NCBI GenBank assembly: GCA_964547875.1 | Contig: CAZJPE010000001.1 | Location: forward strand, 38,535-102,534 | Direction of reading: 5' to 3' | Length of the DNA stretch: 64,000 bases | Source of the DNA: Candidatus Woesearchaeota archaeon | GTDB taxonomy: Archaea; Nanobdellota; Nanobdellia; Pacearchaeales; GW2011-AR1 | Part shown: one piece after another, positions 29,957-37,682 of the stretch | How the letters are laid out: every line of letters begins with the position of its first letter | How positions within the stretch are numbered: position 1 is the first letter of the stretch | Made by a program: the position numbers and the translations under genes | The notes under the pieces: model-generated | Seen by the model: the letters and a program-made list of their open reading frames with translations, nothing else | What the model was told of the DNA's origin: nothing | The model's database searches: none

Positions 29957-31168
29957 ATGACTCTTGAAGACCAATTAAATGAACTTAGAAGAGGAACAGT
30001 AGACATTCTCACAGAAGAAGAATTAGTCAGAAAACTAAAACAAAATAGACCTCTTAATGTTAAATTTGGAGTTGACCCTACAGCTCCAGATATTCATCTT
30101 GGCCATACTGTACCTTTACAAAAATTGAAACAATTTCAAGACTTGGGGCACAGTATACAACTTATTATTGGGGATTATACGGCAATGATTGGCGACCCTA
30201 GCGGAAGAACTGAGACAAGACCAACGCTAAGTAGAGAAGAAATAGAAAGTAATATGGAAACCTATCAAAGACAAGTCTTTAAGGTTTTAGACCCTGATAA
30301 AACTAATTTGATATATAATAGCCAGTGGTTAGAAAAATTTTCTGGAACTGATGTTATTAAATTAGGTTCAAAATATACTGTTCAGCAACTTTTGCAAAGG
30401 AGAGATTTTGGAGAAAGAATAAAACAAAATAGACCTCTTAATGTTACCGAATTGTTATATCCTCTTCTCGTTGGCTATGATTCTATACACCTTAGAAGCG
30501 ATGTAGAAATTGGAGGAACTGATCAATTATTTAATTTTATGGCAAGCAGAGAAATACAAAAAGCATATGGGCAGGAACCAGAAGTAATTATAACACTTCC
30601 TTTGCTTGAGGGGGTAGATGGCGTAAGGAAGATGAGTAAAAGTCTTGGAAATGCTATAGGTGTAAGTGATGATCCTAATGACATGTATGGAAAAATAATG
30701 TCTATATCTGATGATTTAATGTTAAAATATTATGAGTTATTATCTGAAACTCCTCTAGAAGAATTTCAAGAAATTAGAGCAGCTATTGCTTCTGGAAATG
30801 TAAACCCTATGAAATATAAACAAAGATTAGCAAGGGAAATAGTCTCAAGATATCATGGACAAAATTTTGCAATATCTGCTGAAGAAAGATTTAATGGGGT
30901 GCATAGAAAAAGAGATACGCCAAGCCAATTGGAAGAGGAGATAATAAAGTACTCTGCGCATGAAGAAAAACTTCCAATTGTTACAGTCCTCAGGCAAATT
31001 GGAAGAGCAAAATCTAACAGTGAAGCTAGAAGGCTTATAGAACAAGGAGGAGTAAAGTTGGGTGGAGAGGTTATAAATGACATTAATTACTTTGTTTCTC
31101 CTCAAGATGGTCAAGTTGTTCAAGTTGGAAAAAGGTATTTTAGAAGGTTAAAATATGAAACAGACTAG
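29957..31168 (+). CDS. tyrS: Tyrosyl-tRNA synthetase, bacterial type (with C-terminal S4 domain)
   Basis: GVDPTAPDIHLGHTVPL (HIGH) and VRKMSKSLGN (KMSKS); colinear with bacterial TyrRS; C-terminal S4-like RRLIEQGGVKLGGEVIND. Confidence 0.8.
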   Translation: MTLEDQLNELRRGTVDILTEEELVRKLKQNRPLNVKFGVDPTAPDIHLGHTVPLQKLKQFQDLGHSIQLIIGDYTAMIGDPSGRTETRPTLSREEIESNMETYQRQVFKVLDPDKTNLIYNSQWLEKFSGTDVIKLGSKYTVQQLLQRRDFGERIKQNRPLNVTELLYPLLVGYDSIHLRSDVEIGGTDQLFNFMASREIQKAYGQEPEVIITLPLLEGVDGVRKMSKSLGNAIGVSDDPNDMYGKIMSISDDLMLKYYELLSETPLEEFQEIRAAIASGNVNPMKYKQRLAREIVSRYHGQNFAISAEERFNGVHRKRDTPSQLEEEIIKYSAHEEKLPIVTVLRQIGRAKSNSEARRLIEQGGVKLGGEVINDINYFVSPQDGQVVQVGKRYFRRLKYETD

Positions 31169-31215
31169 TATTAATAAACAGATTTATAAATAAGTTTTTA
31201 TTTATCTAAATTAAG

Positions 31216-32349
31216 ATGGATTTCAAAGAAAAATTTGATTTAATAAAAAGGAATACTGAAGAAATTATGACTGAAGAAGATTTGAAAGTTCTTTTAGAGA
31301 GTGGAATTAAAGTTAAACATTATATTGGTTTTGAGATTTCTGGAAAGATTCATCTAGGTACGGGATTAATGTGCATGTCAAAAGTTAAAGACTTTATGGA
31401 TGCAGGAATTGATTGTTCAATTTTTTTAGCTGATTGGCATAGCTGGATAAATGATAAGCTTGGAGGAGATAGAGAAACAATAAAGAGAGTTGCTGGAGGA
31501 TATTTCAAAGAAGGGTTAAAAGCTAGTTTGAAATGTTTTGGAGGAAATCCTAATAAACTAAAATTTGTTCTAGGATCAGATTTATATCATAATAATGATG
31601 ATTATTGGTCCACTATGATAGAAGTTAGTAAAAATACTTCTCTTTCGAGGATGCAGAGAAGCATAACAATTATGGGAAGAAAAGAAGGAGGTTCAGTAGA
31701 TTTTGCAAAGTTGATCTATCCCCCTATGCAAGTTGCAGATATTTTTATCCAAGGAATAAATCTACCTCATGCGGGATTAGATCAAAGAAAAGCACAGGTT
31801 ATTGCAAGAGATGTTGCATTAAAAATAAAAAATAAACCTTTGTTAAATAAACAAAATGAATCAATGAAACCTGTTGCAGTTCATCATCATTTGATATTAG
31901 GGTTAGGGGAGCCACCAGTATGGCCCGTTCCAAAAGATCAACTCCAAGAACTGTGGCCTGCTCTAAAAATGAGTAAATCGAAACCAGATACATGTATATT
32001 TATTCATGATTCACCCGATGAGATTAGAAGAAAAATAAAACAAGCATTTTGTCTGGAGGGTGAAACAAAATTTAACCCCATTCTTGATTGGACAAAATAC
32101 CTTATTTTTAGAGATACGAACCCAAAATTAGAAATTAAAAGACCAGAAAAATTTGGTGGGAATATTACTTATACCTCCTATGAAAAGTTAGAAAGGGATT
32201 TTGCTGAAAAAAATCTTCACCCAATGGATTTGAAAAATGCAGTGGCAGAAAAATTAATCCAAATTCTTGAGCCAGCAAGGAAGCATTTTGAACAACCAAG
32301 GGTTAAAAAAATGCTTGAAGAGTTAGAGCAAATGATAATAATTAGATAA
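31216..32349 (+). CDS. Tyrosyl-tRNA synthetase, archaeal/eukaryotic type (HIGH motif degenerate to HLGT)
   Basis: Near-colinear with archaeal TyrRS: IKRNTEEI...YIGFEISGKIHLGTG, LADWHSWIN, KMSKSKP, IKRPEKFGGNITYTSYEKLERDFAEKNLHPMDLKNAVAEKLIQILEP. Recall-based comparison. Confidence 0.7.
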   Translation: MDFKEKFDLIKRNTEEIMTEEDLKVLLESGIKVKHYIGFEISGKIHLGTGLMCMSKVKDFMDAGIDCSIFLADWHSWINDKLGGDRETIKRVAGGYFKEGLKASLKCFGGNPNKLKFVLGSDLYHNNDDYWSTMIEVSKNTSLSRMQRSITIMGRKEGGSVDFAKLIYPPMQVADIFIQGINLPHAGLDQRKAQVIARDVALKIKNKPLLNKQNESMKPVAVHHHLILGLGEPPVWPVPKDQLQELWPALKMSKSKPDTCIFIHDSPDEIRRKIKQAFCLEGETKFNPILDWTKYLIFRDTNPKLEIKRPEKFGGNITYTSYEKLERDFAEKNLHPMDLKNAVAEKLIQILEPARKHFEQPRVKKMLEELEQMIIIR

Positions 32350-32370
32350 TACTCAACTAAAAAGAGGTAA

Positions 32371-32889
32371 AATGGAAATTAAAAAGATAATCTTTGATAA
32401 AAAATATTATAGTTCTCTTATGAAGGAATTTGGTTATAATCCTTTAGAATTTGAAAAAATTAATTTTTCACTGGGAAATTTAAAAAAGACGACCTTCAAA
32501 GAATGTGGTTATGTCATCATGAAGGGGATAGTTTTGCTAGAGATCTAAAAAGAGGAAGAAAGCAGGATAAAACTTTACAACAAGCTATAAGACTCACAAA
32601 ACCAGGTGGCAAAATAATTGTTCTTGGAGTATTTGAAAAGAATTTTTTTGGTAAAATTCTTTTAAGAGATCTTTTTTATAAAGAAATAGAAATTATTGGC
32701 TCAAATTCTTATGGTTTTTTTAATGGGAAAAATGAATTTGCTATGGCAATAAGTTTGTTGAGAAAATTAAAAACAAGATTTTCAAAAATTATAACTCATA
32801 TAATCCCATTAAAAAACTTTAAAGAAGGATTAAACTTGATAAAAGATAAAAAAGATTCTGGAGTTATAAAAATAATATTAAAACCATGA
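32371..32889 (+). pseudogene. Decayed C-terminal fragment of a medium-chain (zinc-type) alcohol/threonine dehydrogenase
   Basis: Only the C-terminal Rossmann-end segment LTKPGGKIIVLGV...IEIIGSNSYG...ITHIIPLKNFKEGLNLIKDKKDSGVIKIIL is present. A frame break separates it from the short upstream ORF 32371-32500. Confidence 0.45.
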
Positions 32890-33005
32890 GTAAAATTAGA
32901 TGTTTTATATTTGACCAAGATGGCACTTTTTACCCAGAGGATAGTGAACTCACGAATACCTTAAGAAATAAAACAAAATTTCTAAATATCCCATCTTCTT
33001 TTTAA
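32886..33005 (+). pseudogene. N-terminal 39-aa stub of a HAD-superfamily hydrolase
   Basis: MSKIRCFIFDQDGTFY carries the HAD motif I DxDGT, then a stop after 39 codons. Confidence 0.35.
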
Positions 33006-33089
33006 GCTCTTCATGCTATTTAAACTTTGCTATCACTTGAGCGTGAGAAAAATAAGTTCTATAGTAAATACAATTAACTTACAGGTTGA

Positions 33090-33365
33090 TTATTGGTTAA
33101 TCAGTTTTCCTTCAAGATCTTCTTCGTTTTCTTTATTCTCTTTTACTTGTTGAGCAGTATTTTGCTCTTCTTGATTCTCGGAAAGTTTTATAGCATATGG
33201 CTGCTTTTTGTAATTAGCCCCCATAGAATTTATATCTTCTTTTATTCCAGTATACATTCTCTCGCCTAAACGGCAAAAACCTTCTCCTGTGCGCATCATA
33301 AAATTACAGCCTGTCATGGATAGCGCTCCAGCGAGTGCAACATGTGTTAAGGTTTTATATTTCAT
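33090..33365 (-). CDS. Small lipoprotein-like secreted protein
   Basis: LAGALSMTGC lipobox-like signal end; acidic C-terminus. Confidence 0.4.
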   Translation of the reverse strand: MKYKTLTHVALAGALSMTGCNFMMRTGEGFCRLGERMYTGIKEDINSMGANYKKQPYAIKLSENQEEQNTAQQVKENKENEEDLEGKLINQ

Positions 33366-33472
33366 ATTTTTGTTATCACTTTATAGTTTTTAAATGTTTC
33401 GTTTTTGCTTTGAATTTTTTATTTTTATAAAGCACTTTAGATTAGTTAAAAAAGGAAGATCGGACTTTTTAT

Positions 33473-34315
33473 TTAACCGGTAATTGACTTTATAAGTCTG
33501 GCCCCTTTTGCTATTTCTTGCACAAGGTCAATAATTTTGAAACGATCCCTTACATATTCATTCACTATTTTTTTTATCGTTTCTCTAAATAGGTCTAATT
33601 TTTCTATGTTTTCCTTGTTCTTATTTATCTCTGCGAGCGTGTAGGTTTGCTTAAATATTCTTTGCAATTCTTTATAAGCATCTCTTATTTTTTCTTCGTC
33701 TATTTGGGACAACTCTTTTGCTATTTTATCTGCTTCCGGCAAATGAGGAAGCAAAAATTGCGAATATTGTTTTAAGTCTGCTGATTGCTCTTGCGGTTTT
33801 GTTTTCTCTGTTAGGAGCATTTTGGGAGCCATAGGCTTAATTTCTTCTTGTATCGTCATTTCTTTTAATTTTGGATGCTCTTCATTAATTATATTCTCCA
33901 ATTCGTCAAGAAGAATCTTTATTTTATCTTTATTTATTCTCTCTCCTGAATATAATATTTCCAGCATTTTCTTACAGAATATCGCAAGTCTATCTTTCTT
34001 TTTTTCCTTGAAAATTCGTATCATTTCAGAGTAATCTAAATTAGAATCTAATTTGAAATTTTCAAGAAAGAAATTTCTGGCAAATAAATCAATTGAATTT
34101 AATAAAATCTCTGGTGGCTTATTAGAATTTTTCAATTCATTTAAATTTTTTTTTAGAAAATCTTCTTCTTCATCTACTAATTCTTTTATGTTAACTTTTT
34201 TCTTCAGCTTTCTATTGACGAAAAACAGCGTTATTATAACAATTAGAAGAATTAAGGAGAAAACTCCCAATAATATTATCTTGGGCGTCAGAAATGAGCT
34301 TATATTTAATGCCAT
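33473..34315 (-). CDS. Membrane-anchored coiled-coil protein, hypothetical
   Basis: N-terminal TM IILLGVFSLILLIVIITLFFV; K/E-rich helical remainder. Confidence 0.45.
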   Translation of the reverse strand: MALNISSFLTPKIILLGVFSLILLIVIITLFFVNRKLKKKVNIKELVDEEEDFLKKNLNELKNSNKPPEILLNSIDLFARNFFLENFKLDSNLDYSEMIRIFKEKKKDRLAIFCKKMLEILYSGERINKDKIKILLDELENIINEEHPKLKEMTIQEEIKPMAPKMLLTEKTKPQEQSADLKQYSQFLLPHLPEADKIAKELSQIDEEKIRDAYKELQRIFKQTYTLAEINKNKENIEKLDLFRETIKKIVNEYVRDRFKIIDLVQEIAKGARLIKSITG

Positions 34316-34460
34316 GATTCACCTCTTTAAAAGATATACATTTTTATATATAAAAACTTACTGATTCATAGTTATAAAGATTTAGTAAACCTCGAGGAAC
34401 AAAGTTCCTTGATGGCCATCAAGATTCAGGGAATCTTGAGGTCTTTTAGCAAAGTGGGGG

Positions 34461-34835
34461 TTGCTTCGCAACAACATTATGAAAATAAGAGTTGAGCATT
34501 CTGGGAGAAATTTAGAATTAGATGTTAAAAGAGTTGGATTTTTTTCCAGAGGCATGGGATTAATGTTTAAGTTTAGGAATACAAATAATTTGCTATTTGA
34601 ATTTGAGAGAGAGGTTAAAATTCCTTTTCACTCCCTGTTTGTGTTTTTTCCTTTTCTTGCTATATGGCTCGATTCAAAAAACAAGGTTTTAGAGGCTAGA
34701 ATTGTCAAGCCATTTTGTTTTAATGTAAAGCCTAAAACAAGATTTAGAAAAGTTATTGAGCTCCCTTTAAATTCAAAGAATGCGAAAATAATTGAATTTT
34801 TTATTCGAAAGAATAATCTTCACGATGATTTTTAA
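34461..34835 (+). CDS. DUF192-like protein
   Basis: SRGMGLMFKFRN...LLFEFE...IWLDSKNKVLEARIVKPF resembles the DUF192 (COG1430) core. Confidence 0.5.
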   Translation: MLRNNIMKIRVEHSGRNLELDVKRVGFFSRGMGLMFKFRNTNNLLFEFEREVKIPFHSLFVFFPFLAIWLDSKNKVLEARIVKPFCFNVKPKTRFRKVIELPLNSKNAKIIEFFIRKNNLHDDF

Positions 34836-35217
34836 ATAGTATTTCTTCATATTTAGTTATTATTATATCTGGATATTTTTGCTGGTATATAACATGGGCA
34901 AATTCTTCAGCATCTTCTTCTCTACAGAATCCGTATTCAATATTACAACATTTAAGATCTATTATCGAACCTTCTGAATTATTTGTAGATATTACATATG
35001 TGTCTACTGACCTTTGTGCTAAGATTTCTTTATTGCTTAGAACGAATACGTAATATCCCAACCATCTGGATGCTTTCTGTTTAATTTTGGATATGTTGCT
35101 TTTTGATAATCCATAAACCTGATAGAATTTCTCCCAATTAACTGATCTTACCTTGTTATTTACATCATATTTTACTAACTCTGATAATCTTGGGATAGGT
35201 ACGTTTTTTTGCTGCAT
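34801..35217 (-). CDS. Hypothetical protein
   Basis: ORF only. Confidence 0.4.
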   Translation of the reverse strand: MQQKNVPIPRLSELVKYDVNNKVRSVNWEKFYQVYGLSKSNISKIKQKASRWLGYYVFVLSNKEILAQRSVDTYVISTNNSEGSIIDLKCCNIEYGFCREEDAEEFAHVIYQQKYPDIIITKYEEILFKNHREDYSFE

Positions 35218-35337
35218 TAGTCATTCATGAATATTTCATTTTTAAATCTTTTCACAACTATTTTTTTCGTTAAAGGAAAGATTTAAATATTTGTTTTATT
35301 TAATAAAGTTGATAATATAATTTTAAAGGAGGTTGAA

Positions 35338-35463
35338 ATGGGAAAGGTTATTGTAAGAAATGTGGTAAAGAGAAAGCATGGTTATCTTTACTATGTTGAT
35401 GGGCACGGGAATGTTTGTGAAGCAAAGATGGCCCGTGGCGGACGAAAGAAAAAGAAGAGATAG
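35338..35463 (+). CDS. Candidate small basic protein (41 aa), not in the ORF track
   Basis: Strong SD AAGGAGGT 5 nt upstream of ATG. MGKVIVRNVVKRKHGYLYYVDGHGNVCEAKMARGGRKKKKR. Sits upstream of kae1 behind an AT-rich region. Confidence 0.35.
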   Translation: MGKVIVRNVVKRKHGYLYYVDGHGNVCEAKMARGGRKKKKR

Positions 35464-35643
35464 GTTTCTATTCTGTTTTTTATTTTTTTATTTTTGATAT
35501 TTTTTAGGAGATATTGTATTATTTAACTTAAAAAAGACAATAAAAATAAATTATTTTCTTAATATATTACTCTTATTATTTTCTACTAACATTCTTATTA
35601 GAGGATTAGGGCATTTATTCTTCATATCTCTCTAATACTTAGT

Positions 35644-35651
35644 TTTATAAA
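35644..35651 (+). promoter_or_regulatory. Putative archaeal TATA box (TTTATAAA) ~22 nt upstream of the kae1 ATG, suggesting a leaderless transcript
   Basis: TTTATAAA at the expected archaeal distance from the start codon. Confidence 0.35.
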
Positions 35652-35672
35652 CATTTTTATTATTAAACTGGG

Positions 35673-36641
35673 ATGATTTTGGGAATTGAATGCACTGCAC
35701 ATACTTTTGGAATTGGAATTGTTTACAATGGAAAGATATTGGCTAATGTGATAGACATGTATATTACAGATAAAGGAGGGATTGTACCTAATGAGGGCGC
35801 GAGGCATCATAGAAATGTTGCAGGGAGAGTTTATCTTGAGGCATTGAGCAAGGCCGGAATTAACGAGAAAGATATTAACGCGATTGCTATTTCTAATGCT
35901 CCAGGGTTAGCTCCTTGCTTACATGCAGGAATGGATTTTGCTAGAAGGAAAGCTAAAGAATTGAAACTGCCTTTAGTTGGAGTTAATCATTGTATTGCTC
36001 ATTTAGAGATAGGGAGGAGTCTTGGCGCTTTTAATCCTGTTTTGCTATATGCTTCTGGAGCTAATACGCAGATTATTGCTTTTGCATCTGGAAAATACAG
36101 AGTTTTTGGAGAGACTTTAGATATTGGAATTGGAAACTTTATTGATAAATTTGCCCGCCATGCTGGAATAGGATTTCCAGGAGGACCTAAGATTGAGAAA
36201 GAGGCTGTTGGAGGAAATTATATTGAACTGCCTTATTCTATAAAAGGAATGGACGTTTCATTTTCAGGGATGCAGACTAAATTGCAGCATCTTTATGATA
36301 AAAAAATTAGTTTAAAGGATTTAGCATTTTCATTGCAGGAGACTGCTTTTGCAATGCTTGTTGAGGCAGCTGAAAGGGCAATGGCTCATACCGGGAAGAA
36401 TGAATTGGTTTTAGGAGGAGGGGTTGCGTGCAATTCCCGTCTGCAAGAGATGTGCGAGATTATGTGTAAAGAGCGCGGAGCTAAATGCTTTTGTCCTGCT
36501 CGCGAGCTTCTTAGTGACAACGGGGCAATGATAGCGTTTACGGGAGAAATAATGTTCAATTCGGGGATTAGCGAGGGAATTGATAAAATTGAGATTAAGC
36601 CTCGTGAAAGAACAGACGACGTTATTGTGAGATGGAGATGA
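35673..36641 (+). CDS. kae1: tRNA N6-adenosine threonylcarbamoyltransferase Kae1 (KEOPS catalytic subunit); not fused to Bud32
   Basis: MILGIECTAHTFGIGIV start; metal-binding HCIAHLEIG; ASKH-fold motifs GGGVACNSRLQ; ~322 aa. Confidence 0.85.
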   Translation: MILGIECTAHTFGIGIVYNGKILANVIDMYITDKGGIVPNEGARHHRNVAGRVYLEALSKAGINEKDINAIAISNAPGLAPCLHAGMDFARRKAKELKLPLVGVNHCIAHLEIGRSLGAFNPVLLYASGANTQIIAFASGKYRVFGETLDIGIGNFIDKFARHAGIGFPGGPKIEKEAVGGNYIELPYSIKGMDVSFSGMQTKLQHLYDKKISLKDLAFSLQETAFAMLVEAAERAMAHTGKNELVLGGGVACNSRLQEMCEIMCKERGAKCFCPARELLSDNGAMIAFTGEIMFNSGISEGIDKIEIKPRERTDDVIVRWR

Positions 36642-36874
36642 ATTATTTTGCTATTTTTAATCTGATTGGAGATGCTAAATTTTATTATTGTGACGATAAA
36701 GATAAAAGAAATTCTCAAGAATTTGACACAAGTCCTGGAAGCCTTGTTTTATTAAGGGGTGCGAAAAATAAAGATGAGCAACGATATAGACCATATCACT
36801 ATATAATGCCTATGAAAAGCGAGAGATTATCGTTAAATGTAAGGAAAAAATCAGAATTATTTAGTTCTACTTAA
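36632..36874 (+). CDS. Hypothetical small protein
   Basis: ORF only. Confidence 0.3.
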   Translation: MEMNYFAIFNLIGDAKFYYCDDKDKRNSQEFDTSPGSLVLLRGAKNKDEQRYRPYHYIMPMKSERLSLNVRKKSELFSST

Positions 36875-36919
36875 TAAAAATTCCCAAAGATTTAAATATA
36901 AGTTATACAATGTATAACT

Positions 36920-37144
36920 ATGACAGTTATAGAGGCGAGGGTAAAAAAATGGGGAAACTCATTTGGAATAATTATTCCCAGCGAGGCTGTTGCAAACAAC
37001 AACATAAGAGAGAATGAAAATATAAAGATATTAATAATTAAAGATTCTAGAAAGGTCTTGAAAGAAACATTTGGCTTGCTAAAGGGAAAGATAAAAAAAC
37101 CAACACAACAAATAAAAGATGAACTCAGACGAGACTTATACTAA
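36920..37144 (+). CDS. AbrB/MazE-type antitoxin (VapB-like)
   Basis: VKKWGNSFGIIIPSEAV swapped-hairpin motif; overlaps the downstream PIN gene. Confidence 0.6.
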   Translation: MTVIEARVKKWGNSFGIIIPSEAVANNNIRENENIKILIIKDSRKVLKETFGLLKGKIKKPTQQIKDELRRDLY

Positions 37145-37514
37145 TCAGGGAGAGTCTTTTTTCTTTGATAGTTATGCTTTTTTTGAGATTCTTAAGGCTA
37201 ATAAAAATTATAGTAAATACGAAAATGCAGAAATTGTTACTACAAAACTTAATCTTTTTGAGCTTTATTTAGGTATCCTAAGGGAGAAAGGTGAATCTGA
37301 AGCTAAAGAAGTTTTGGAGTTATATTATCCATTTGCAGTAGATTTTGATGAAAATACTATTGAGGAAGCAGCAAAATTAAAAAATCAATTGAACAAAAGA
37401 AATATTTCAATGACTGATTGCATTGGCTATGTTTTAGCTAATAAGTTAGGGATCAGATTCCTTACAGGAGACAAGGAATTTGAGAATTTAGAGAATGTAG
37501 AATTTGTCAAATAG
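37119..37514 (+). CDS. PIN-domain toxin (VapC-like)
   Basis: Acidic quartet contexts FFDSYAF / LFELY / SMTDCIGY / TGDKEF. Confidence 0.65.
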   Translation: MNSDETYTNQGESFFFDSYAFFEILKANKNYSKYENAEIVTTKLNLFELYLGILREKGESEAKEVLELYYPFAVDFDENTIEEAAKLKNQLNKRNISMTDCIGYVLANKLGIRFLTGDKEFENLENVEFVK

Positions 37515-37682
37515 CTTAATAATTCTGGCTTCAGGAATACTATCAGAATCATCTTGCATGACAAAGCAAGATTATTTTATTTTGAGAGAATTAAATGATA
37601 ATATCCACGCAGAAAGCCTTAAAAACAGAAGATATTTAAAGAGATATTTACTTAATAATATAAATTAAAGAAGAGGTTATAG

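Noticed and set aside
31216-32349. Calling the second class-I synthetase TrpRS
   Set aside because: Motif-by-motif it follows archaeal TyrRS, including the distinctive C-terminal block. Kept as TyrRS-type with a note that phylogeny should confirm.
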